A stretch of 64,000 nt of DNA from Eledone cirrhosa (taxonomy: Eukaryota). Below, piece by piece: positions 12,743 through 22,400 of this stretch (within the stretch, counting starts at the first letter, position 1; every line of letters starts with the position of its first letter). The notes under the pieces were generated by a model. It did not search any database and was not told the origin of the DNA. It saw only the letters and a list, made by a program, of their open reading frames with translations. The stretch covers positions 368,838,001 to 368,902,000 of the forward strand of contig OZ024742.1 in the NCBI GenBank assembly GCA_964016885.1. Reading direction: 5' to 3'. The translations under genes were made by a program, and so were the position numbers.

Positions 12743-14011
12743 ATGGCACTGGAACAAGACAACACAACTTCAAACTCCAATATAAATGAGGAAATCCTGA
12801 AAATCCTAAAAGAGATAAATGGAAAACTCACCATTCTGACAAAAAAACAGGATATACCCCAAACCACCACACCGACTGACAACCAAATTTATTTAAACGT
12901 TCAAAACGTATGCAACTCCATCGAAAAACTTATGAATACCAACACAGAACAAACGGCATTGCTCCATATCAAAAACCAAATGGGACACCTCTGGAAAAAA
13001 CATCTAAAAACCAGAAAATTCACTTTCTGGAATATGATAAAAAACCTCAACAAAGCTGGAATTTACCAAAAATGGATTAACTCAACTCCGATAGTTTTAC
13101 CACGTAAATTCCAAATAAAGCATATTACAAACGAACCTGAACCAGAAAGAAAACTCCGTGAACAAATGTCACTCAACAGGATAAACATGGAAATAGAACT
13201 CCTAAATTTAAGGGCCACCTCAAACGAGCAAGAGAGTATAAGGATACTGATAAAAATATGGAGGAAGAATGCACTAAAAAGGCCGAGGGAACAACCCTAC
13301 AAAATTTAATAAAATCGTGGAAACAGGACTGCGAGAATACAGAAATTATTTCCCTTAAACGGTGGGAAAAATCCGAAAACTGGTTCCTCAAATATGAAGA
13401 AGACTTTAAAAGGATGCACCAAACAGGTAACCCCTTTATAAAGCATTTGAACATAACAAGAACTACAACAGACACATTTACACCACCAAACCCAACACAC
13501 ACTAACCACAGGCACATCCCCCACCAACACAAACCAAATACGGCCAACTACACCAAAAGAAACACACCCAACCACCACAACACAGGTTTCCGTAGAAATG
13601 CCACCTACATAAATCAACGACGAAATAACATAGATCCAACTCACAACACACACACCACATTCCCCAGAAGAAATCCACCCAGACCACTTGAAATCACAAC
13701 AGAACTTACCCACAACCACACCAGACATCACCCTCAATCCAACAAAAGACAACCCCCCCAACCTCAACACTCTGTACCACAGAAATAACGCACCCAGACC
13801 ACATGAACCAACAACAGAACCCTTGCTCATCAACAACCACAACACATACCACCCCCACCATCACATTCACCCTCATGAAACAACAAGCTACAGACCCACA
13901 CGCAACAGACCAACAAAATATAATCACACACAAAACTACATTCCTTTTTTAGGGAAAAGCCTGAAATACCAGGATACTCGATGGCCCCCTCTCAGGAGAA
14001 ACCAAAAATAA
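12743..14011 (+). pseudogene. Upstream ORF of the Penelope-like element, split by apparent frameshifts near 13235 and 13690-13785
   Basis: Overlapping ORFs 12743..13309, 13258..13788 and 13688..14011; helical, charged N-terminal part followed by H/T/P/N/R low-complexity sequence; begins just after the 5' pseudo-LTR repeat. Confidence 0.55.
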
Positions 14012-16257
14012 TCAACCTCTCAAAGACACCTCTAACCAACACACAAATCAACATTTTAAGTAAGGGCCTGAAATTTACACCTACACCACGTAAACCAAAC
14101 TTCCCCGAAATGAAGGATGACATCATGGAATACTGCCGAAAGCTGCGACTAACGGAATTCTTCCACAACGACACCAACACTGAAGACGAATCACTGGTTA
14201 GAAATAAAAGCAATTTCTGCCCACAAAAGGGAAGAAATAAAGCACTGGACACGTACTGCGAACACATCACCAACTTTCCCTATGAAAAAATTACAAATAA
14301 ACACACGAAATCAAACCTATCTACACACGAATGGGAAGAATTATTCACACTTAGAAACAACCCTGAGATAACTATCAAAGAAGCCGATAAAGGCAGTACT
14401 GTTGTCATTATGAATACGGACTACTATAGGACCCTCGCACTTAACATTTTAGAAAACAACACATACTATGAAAAAACAGAAAACTACAAACACACCAAAA
14501 CAATGGGGAACCTTTTGACCTTACTGAATAAATACCGCACCAGCTTAACCACAAAAGAGTTTAACTATATAAGCCACTTCAAATGCAATACAAGCTCTTT
14601 TTATGGCTTACCGAAACTCCACAAATGTAAACCCATAAACGATGCATGTGACACCTCAACCAACAATTACATTGAACTAACACCACCAGAAGACCTAAAA
14701 CTCAGGCCAATTATAGCAGGCCCTACATGTGAAACCCACAGACTTAGCAACTTTCTGGACATCCTACTGAAACCCTTTCTACAACATATACAGAGCTACA
14801 TACGAGATGACCTTGACATGCTGAAACACCTCCCTAAAACAGTAAGTGCAAATACAATTCTTGTCTCCTTTGACGTAATAAACCTCTACACAAACATACC
14901 CCACAACTATGGAATAACAGTAGTCCAATACTGGCTTAACACACACCCATCAGAAATACCGACACGCATCAACACAGATTTTATCACTGACGGACTCCGC
15001 TTTATCCTACAAAATAACTACTTCACATTCAATGGTTCAACATACAGACAAGTATCAGGTACGGCAATGGGCACGAAAGTAGCACCCACATATGCCAACT
15101 TAGTCATGGGATTCCATGAACAACAAATATACAGTCAGTCCCTTCTCTTATTTGGAGACTCTTTCCACACACACCTCAAAGCCAATTGGAAAAGATATCT
15201 AGACGACTGCTTTATCCTATGGCAAGAAGACATGAACTCACTTACTACGTTTAAAAACATGATAAACAACATAGATAATAACATACAATTCACAATGGAA
15301 TCCAATCCTAAGGAATTAGCCTTCTTGGATATTCTCATCTCTGTAATAGACGGGAAAGTAGATACAGATATATTCTATAAACCCACAGATTCCAAGCAAT
15401 ACCTCTTTTTCACATCAAGTCACCCAAAACATACAAAACTTAACATTCCTTACAATTTGGCCAAACGTATATGTACCATAGTATCAGATCCACCTAAACG
15501 GGAGCAAAGACTAAAGGAACTAAAAGACACCCTTATCTTAAGAGCCTTTCCACTTGAAATAATCAACAATGGAATAGACAGGGCAAAACACCTAAATCCC
15601 CATCAACTTAACAATCCAAAACAGAAAACCACACTCAACACCCTGCCATATGTATCCACTTTCAACCCCAGAAATACCGAAATGTTTGATCACCTACACA
15701 AAAACCTCCCCATCCTACTTAAAGATGTAAAAATGAAGTCTATTCTTGAAACACACAAGATCCTTAAAAGTAAAAGACAACCCAAATCACTTAAACGCAT
15801 TCTCACTGGACCAAATATACCCAAACCAATCCTCAACCCTACAGTTACCAAATGTGGTAGAACAAACTGTGGAACGTGCCTCTACCTCACTGAAGGACAA
15901 ACATTTACATTCAAAGATAGCCAAACATTTACAGTAAAAATCAATTTCACCTGCAACTCGGAGAACTTGATTTACGCAATAACTTGCGGTGGGTGCAAAC
16001 ACAACTACATAGGACAGACGGGCACCTCATTACGCAAAAGAATGACCATCCACCGCCAACAAATCCGGGACGCTAACACAAGAAAAATCCTCTTGAGCAG
16101 CCATATTGCGAACTGCGCAGGAATGACACTACCCAACTTTAAAATCTTCCCCTTCTACAAGTGCTCAGATTCGTTCACACAGCAACAAAGAATAAACAAA
16201 GAAAATCTATTCCTTAACAAATTTAAACCAAAACTAAACGGGTTATCACCCCAATAG
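13981..16257 (+). CDS. Penelope-like reverse transcriptase + GIY-YIG endonuclease (758 aa, uninterrupted)
   Basis: IINLS...LSKGLKFTPTP N-terminus, IKEADKG (DKG motif), FYGLPKLHK, LRPII, SFDVINLYTNIP, GTAMGTKVAPTYANL, WKRYLDD, FLDI, YKPTD, SSHPKH; CGRTNCGTC zinc knuckle; NLIYAITCGGCKHNYIGQTG...RMTIHR GIY-YIG; FKPKLN terminus. Confidence 0.95.
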   Translation: MAPSQEKPKIINLSKTPLTNTQINILSKGLKFTPTPRKPNFPEMKDDIMEYCRKLRLTEFFHNDTNTEDESLVRNKSNFCPQKGRNKALDTYCEHITNFPYEKITNKHTKSNLSTHEWEELFTLRNNPEITIKEADKGSTVVIMNTDYYRTLALNILENNTYYEKTENYKHTKTMGNLLTLLNKYRTSLTTKEFNYISHFKCNTSSFYGLPKLHKCKPINDACDTSTNNYIELTPPEDLKLRPIIAGPTCETHRLSNFLDILLKPFLQHIQSYIRDDLDMLKHLPKTVSANTILVSFDVINLYTNIPHNYGITVVQYWLNTHPSEIPTRINTDFITDGLRFILQNNYFTFNGSTYRQVSGTAMGTKVAPTYANLVMGFHEQQIYSQSLLLFGDSFHTHLKANWKRYLDDCFILWQEDMNSLTTFKNMINNIDNNIQFTMESNPKELAFLDILISVIDGKVDTDIFYKPTDSKQYLFFTSSHPKHTKLNIPYNLAKRICTIVSDPPKREQRLKELKDTLILRAFPLEIINNGIDRAKHLNPHQLNNPKQKTTLNTLPYVSTFNPRNTEMFDHLHKNLPILLKDVKMKSILETHKILKSKRQPKSLKRILTGPNIPKPILNPTVTKCGRTNCGTCLYLTEGQTFTFKDSQTFTVKINFTCNSENLIYAITCGGCKHNYIGQTGTSLRKRMTIHRQQIRDANTRKILLSSHIANCAGMTLPNFKIFPFYKCSDSFTQQQRINKENLFLNKFKPKLNGLSPQ

Positions 16258-16539
16258 AATTGTCATAAAATATAAACACACATACGCACGGAATCACTAT
16301 TAAAGACCAGAGACCAATTCTGTAGAATCAGGTTTATTCGTTGACAGACCATGCCTTTGTGTGAACAACACATCCATGTTAAACCCTGCACGTGCACACA
16401 CATATATCTATATATATATGCGCACACAGAATTCACCACTGTCGGTTGCGGGGCCCAATCTACATGAAGAACTCAATGTGATCAGAATGACTTGTATTTT
16501 AATTTCACTGTCCCAACTTCTTATATTATGGAAAAAATA

Positions 16540-16707
16540 TATGTGTATGTATGCATATATATATATATTTGGAGGCCATTTCTGTGTGTGGGTGTATGTA
16601 TGTGTGTATGTGTGTGTGTGTGTATGTGTGTGCATGTGGATGTATGTATTGTGTGTGCGTGTGTGTGTGTGTGTATGTATCTGTGTATCTGGATGTATGC
16701 GTATGTG

Positions 16708-16738
<31 letters not shown>

Positions 16739-16929
16739 ATATATATGTGTGTGTATGTGTATATATATATGTGTGTCTGTGTGTATGTTTGTATGTGTGT
16801 ATGTATATATATGTGTGTGTATGTATGTGTGGGTGTGTGTGTATATATATATATATATATATGTGTGTATATATATATGTGTGTGTGTGTATGTATGTGT
16901 GTATCTGGATGTATGTGTATGTATATATA

Positions 16930-16964
<35 letters not shown>

Positions 16965-17050
16965 GTGTGTGTATGTGTATATGTGTGTGTGTGTGTGTGT
17001 ATGTGTGTATGTATATGTATGTGTGTGTGTATGTATGTGTGTATATGTAT
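16540..17050. repeat. Compound (TG)n/(TA)n microsatellite
   Basis: Alternating purine-pyrimidine runs over ~500 bp; source of the spurious VCVYIY / HTHIY ORFs. Confidence 0.95.
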
Positions 17051-17865
17051 AATGAAAAATTGAACAGGGACAGAACAGAGAGGCAGTACGATAAATGTTT
17101 ATTAAATTCACGCTCAGGAGAGTGGGGGGTAGGTGGGGGACGACGTTTCGGGCATAAGCCCTTCTTCAGGTGAGAGTTCAAAAGGTGTGTAGGGGAGTGG
17201 TGGAGAGACATATAGCGAAAGGAAACGGTGCGAATGAAAAATTAACAAATAAAGGCAAAAATATAATAAATAATAAATAAAAATAAAGCATGATCAAAAT
17301 ACAAGGAATGAGAAAATTTAAAAATAAAGGCATGATCAAAATAAACTGAAATTAAAAGGGGGGTAAACAGGTGGTGGAAGGGTGTGGGGTGAGTAGAGGT
17401 GGTGGCGGATGGAGTGGGGAGAGGGAGACGGGGTGTCCGAGCGGGGAGGGCTGAAGGTGGTGTGTGTGGTTAGGTGTGCGTGTGTGTGTGTGTGTGTGTA
17501 TGTGAAAGTGAGGGTTGGGGGAAGAACGGGGTTGCATGTTCAGGAAGGTGTGTGTGGGGGGTGTTTTTGTGGGTCGGAGGGTCTGTGCATGTGTGGATAG
17601 GGGGTGGGGGGAGAGGAATCAGGGGGCTGAGGGTGTAAATATGTGGTGGGAAGCACGTGTGTGTGGTTAAAGCGTGTTGTGGGTGTGGGTGGCGTGTGCA
17701 TAAAAAAAAAAAAAAAAAAAAAAATTGTTTTGGTGTGTGTTGTGGGTGAGTTATATAGGTGATGGTGTAAGAGGATGGTTGAAAGTGGTAAGTTACACGG
17801 ATGTATGGAGATTTTGGTTGGAAGTCAAAACGCGTGTGGGTAATCCAAGAAGCGGTGGTCGGATT
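17051..17865 (-). mobile_element. Probable 3' fragment of a second Penelope-like element, nested in opposite orientation
   Basis: Composition flips to G-rich on +; bounded by microsatellites; minus strand carries CTGAAGA-A-GGGC-TTAT-GCCC-GAAACGTCGTC followed ~40 nt later by AATAAA. Confidence 0.5.
17139..17176 (-). ncRNA. Hammerhead-like core, stem I not locally paired
   Basis: CTCTCAC-CTGAAGA-A-GGGC-TTAT-GCCC-GAAAC-GTC-GTC; core and stem II clear, but the flanks (CTCTCAC versus CCCCACC) do not pair. Confidence 0.5.
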
Positions 17866-17866
17866 A

Positions 17867-17903
<37 letters not shown>

Positions 17904-18270
17904 GTGTGGTATATGTATATGTATGTATGTGTGGATGAAGGTATGTGTGTATATATAGGTGTAAGTGCACTAAATCCCTTTCTATCACGCTCCACTCTCC
18001 TACCCACCACAGGAAGATATATGTATGTATATTGCTTCCACCCCCTCACTGACCAGCAGCTGGCCAACTGACCATTGCTAAATCTGACCTTTATAAAATA
18101 ACCCACACCCCAAATAACTTCTCATTCACTACCAGAAAGGGACACAGCAGTCAACTTGTTGTTGCTACCTAGATGAAAACTACTATGAAATCCCACAATG
18201 AATTTTATACTTGAATTTTCAAATCTCAAATTTTAACTCTTCGTATTATTAATTTTTCTTAATATTAATC

Positions 18271-18318
18271 AACATTTGAAAAGATGGCTTTTGCAGACCC
18301 ATCGAAACCGGTCATTTT
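18271..18318 (+). ncRNA. Variant hammerhead (TTGAAAA core) in the 3' pseudo-LTR
   Basis: AACAT-TTGAAAA-GATGG-CTTTTGCAGAC-CCATC-GAAA-CCGG-TC-ATTTT: 5-bp stem II, palindromic ACCGGT stem III, GUC triplet, weak stem I with one mismatch. Confidence 0.6.
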
Positions 18319-18814
18319 TTATACCCTTTATTATTTCCTTACCTTATAAAATTATGTTTTTTCACAAAAAAGTATTCTGTCTCATATATATTCCATGTGC
18401 CATTACCAACCTCAATTTTCTCTATAACCTTCGTTTTGTGTAGAAAATTACACTTTTCATATATATATATATATATATATATATGCATATATATTAACTG
18501 ATTGATCCAAATCGACAAGATCCCAAACCTCATTCGCTTACCAAACATTCTGATACTAAAACCAAAGTGAAACTCAATGATGCATGTGTTTTTCAACTTG
18601 GCAGCATGACTCTACTAAAGTCCAACAATATATATGTCAAACCCTTACTAACATTTTAAAAAACAGAATATATTTTCTTGTTTATCCCATTCATCAACAA
18701 GAGAAAGAGTGAAATGAAAACCTAACTTTGTACAACTGTTATATGCATTTATGTTGTCGGGAAAGAGAGAAAGAGAGAGAGAAAGAAAGAGAGCGAGAGA
18801 AAGAGAGCGAGAGA

Positions 18815-19100
18815 GAGACTGCAATCACTTGAATAGTTGTAAGGTGAGTAAGGGTAGAAATGAAATTCCAAGACAGCAGTGTACCGAGTAAGGAAGGATT
18901 GGGAATTTGTGTTTAGAAGGGACTGTGTGGTGGACACAGGCAGGAAATGCTGGAGCTGAGGTAGCATGGGTCCAGTCAGTTATAAGGAGCAGATACCATT
19001 ACAATAGCTGTAGAAATGGTTGAAAGAAGAGACATGTGTGGGACACAGGTTGGCTGTGATTGTGAGGGAATGAATTTATGTGAGTTAGTTGAATGGTTAT
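18815..19100 (-). mobile_element. Degraded CR1/L2-like LINE 3' fragment
   Basis: Minus-strand pieces FYSYCNGICS and TNSQSFLTR resemble the FYRYYNGxCS ... SFFPRT C-terminus of CR1-Zenon/L2-type ORF2; frameshifted. Confidence 0.45.
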
Positions 19101-19277
19101 ATTTTAGAGGTCTGTATAGGTGTAGTTAAATACTCCATCTTACTGCTAGTTCAACAAAAGCAGCATACCACACACTACCAACTCTGTCCTTTTGTGTAGA
19201 CAGACAAAAGTTAAGAGTAGACAGACAAAAGCATAAACAATGGGCTGATAGTGCAAAGAATAGAATATGATATAGTA

Positions 19278-19470
19278 ATAATTGTTACTACTTTTTGGCA
19301 CAAGGCCAGTAATTACCCAGTACATTACTGGTACTTTATTTTATCAACCCAGTAAGGATTAAAGGCAAAGTTAACATAGGCAGGATTTGAACTGAGATCA
19401 TAGAGGCGCGTAACTCTATGCTGCAAAGCATGGCGTCCGACCCTCTACTGATACTGCCAATCCACCGCCC
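19278..19470 (-). mobile_element. tRNA-derived SINE (Deu/Nin-domain-like core); its 5' head seeds the 45-bp array
   Basis: Reverse complement matches 44736-44917 along its length: tail ATAATTGTT, GGCACAAGGCCAG, CTGGTACTTTATTTTATC, AAAGGCAAAG, B-box GGATTTGAAC, head GCATGGCGTCCGACCCTCTACTGATACTGCCAATCCACCGCC. Confidence 0.85.
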
Positions 19471-22400
19471 TAACATGGTGTCAGACCCTCTACCAATACT
19501 ACAAATCCACCGCGCTAACATGGTGTCAGACCCTCTACCTATACTACCAATCCACCACCCTAAGATGGTGTCAGACCCTCTAACAATACTACCAATCCAC
19601 CACCTAACATGGTGTCAGACCCTCTAACAATACTACCAATCCACCGTCCTAACATGGTGTCCGACCCTCTACCAATACTACCAATATACCACCCTAAGAT
19701 GGTGTCAGACCCTCTACCAATACTACCAATCCACCACCCTAACATGGTGTCCGACCCTCTACCAATACTACCAATCCACCACCCTAACATGGTGTCAGAC
19801 CCTCTACCAATACTACCAATCCACCACCCTAAGATGGTGTCAGACCCTCTACCAATACTACCAATCCACCACCCTACATGGTGTCAGACCCTCTACCAAT
19901 ACTACCAATCCACCACCCTAACATGGTGTCAGACCCTCTACCAATACTACCAATCCACCACCTAACATGGTGTCAGACCCTCTACCAATACTACCAATCC
20001 ACCACCTAACATGGTGTCAGACCCTCTACCAATACTACCAATCCACCACCCTACATGGTGTCAGACCCTCTACCAATACTACCAATCCACCACCCTAAGA
20101 TGGTGTCAGACCCTCTACCAATACTACCAATCCACCACCCTACATGGTGTCAGACCCTCTACCAATACTACCAATCCACCACCCTAAGATGGTGTCAGAC
20201 CCTCTACCAATACTACCAATCCACCACCCTACATGGTGTCAGACCCTCTACCAATACTACCAATCCACCACCTAACATGGTGTCAGACCCTCTACCAATA
20301 CTACCAATCCACCACCTAACATGGTGTCAGAACCTCTACCAATCTACCACCCTAACATGGTGTCAGACCCTCTACCAATACTACCAATCTACCACCCTAA
20401 CATGGTGTCAGACCCTCTACCAATACTACCAATCCACCACCCTAAGATGGTGTCAGAATCTCTACCAATACTACCAATCCACCACCCTAACATGGTGTCA
20501 GAACCTCTACCAATCTACCACCCTAACATGGTGTCAAACCCTCTACCAATACTACGAATCTACCACCCTAACATGGTGTCAGACCCTCTACCAATACTAC
20601 CAATCTACCACCCTAACATGGTGTCAGACACTCTACCAATACTACCAATCCACCGTCCTAACATGGTGTCAGACCCTCTACCAATACTACCAATCTACCA
20701 CCCTAACATGGTGTCAGACCCTCTACCAATACTACCAATCCACCACCCTAAGATGGTGTCAGACCCTCTACCAATACTACCAATCCACCACCCTAACATG
20801 GTGTCAGACCCTCTACCAATACTACCAATCCAACACCCTACATGGTGTCAGACCCTCTACCAATACTGCCAATCCACCACCCTAAGATGGTGTCAGACCC
20901 TCTACCAATACTACCAATCCACCACCCTAACATGGTGTCAGACCCTCTACCAATACTACCAATCTACCACCCTAACATGGTGTCAGACCCTCTACCAATA
21001 CTACCAATCCACCACCTAACATGGTGTCAGACCCTCTACCAATACTACCAATCCACCACCTAACATGGTGTCAGACCCTCTACCAATACTACCAATCCAC
21101 CACCTAACATGGTGTCAGACCCTCTACCAATACTACCAATCCACCACCCTAACATGGTGTCAGACCCTCTACCAATACTACCAATCCACCACCTAACATG
21201 GTGTCAGAGCCTCTACCAATACTACCAATCCACCACCCTAACATGGTGTCAGACCCTCTACCAATACTGCCAATCCACCACCCTAACATGGTGTCAGACC
21301 CTCTACCAATACTGCCAATCCACCACCTAACATGGTGTCAGACCCTCTACCAATACTGCCAATCCACCACCCTAACATGGTGTCAGACCCTCTACCAATA
21401 CTACCAATCCACCGTCCTAACATGGTGTCCGACCCTCTACCAATACTACCAATCTACCCCCCTAACATGGTGTCAGACACTCTACCAATACTGCCAATCT
21501 ACCACCCTAACATGGTGTCAGACCCTCTACCAATACTACCAATCCACCACCCTAACATGGTGTCAGACCCTCTACCAATACTACCAATCCACCGTCCTAA
21601 CATGGTGTCCGACCCTCTACCAATACTACCAATCTACCCCCCTAACATGGTGTCAGACACTCTACCAATACTGCCAATCTACCACCCTAACATGGTGTCA
21701 GACCCTCTACCAATACTACCAATCTACCCCCCTAACATGGTGTCCGACCCTCTACCAATACTACCAATCTACCCCCCTAACATGGTGTCAGACACTCTAC
21801 CAATACTACCAATCTACCCCCCTAACATGGTGTCGGACCCTCTACCTATACTACCAATCCACCACCCTAACATGGTGTCAGACCCTCTACCAATACTACC
21901 AATCCACCGTCCTAACATGGTGTCCGACCCTCTACCAATACTACCAATCTACCCCCCTAACATGGTGTCAGACACTCTACCAATACTACCAATCTACCCC
22001 CCTAACATGGTGTCGGACCCTCTACCTATACTACCAATCCACCACCCTAACATGGTGTCAGATCCTCTACTAATACTACCAATCTACCACCCTAACATGG
22101 TGTCAGACCCTCTACCAATACTACCAATCCACCACCTAACATGGTGTCAGACCCTCTACCAATACTACCAATCTATCCCCGACTACCATGGTGTCAGACC
22201 CTCTACCAATACTACCAATCCACCACCCTAACATGGTGTCAGACCTTCTACCTATACTACCAATCCACCACCCTAAGATGGTGTCAGACCCTCTACCAAT
22301 ACTATCAATCCACCACCTAACATGGTGTCAGACCCTCTACCAATACTACCAATCTACCCCCCGACTACCATGGTGTCAGACCCTCTACCAATACTACCAA

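Larger units (their letters stand above)
12631..18465 (+). mobile_element. Penelope-like retroelement (GIY-YIG-bearing, Neptune/Naiad-type zinc knuckle) with pseudo-LTR direct repeat
   Basis: RT-GIY-YIG ORF; ~90-bp direct repeat at 12631-12720 and 18376-18465 (TCTGTCTC...TTCCATGTGCCATTACCAACCTCAATTTTCTCTATAACCTTCGTTTTGTGTAGAAAATTACACTTTTCATA); both ends abut (TA)n; hammerhead variant just upstream of the 3' copy. Confidence 0.85.

Noticed and set aside
13427-13952. Intron from CAG|GTAACC (13427) to TTTTTTAG| (13952) fusing the upstream ORF to RT
   Set aside because: This splice returns to the frame that stops at 14011, not the RT frame. Other donors were not exhaustively tested.
16361-17211. 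VCVYIY / HTHIY ORFs
   Set aside because: Translations of (TG)n/(TA)n microsatellite.
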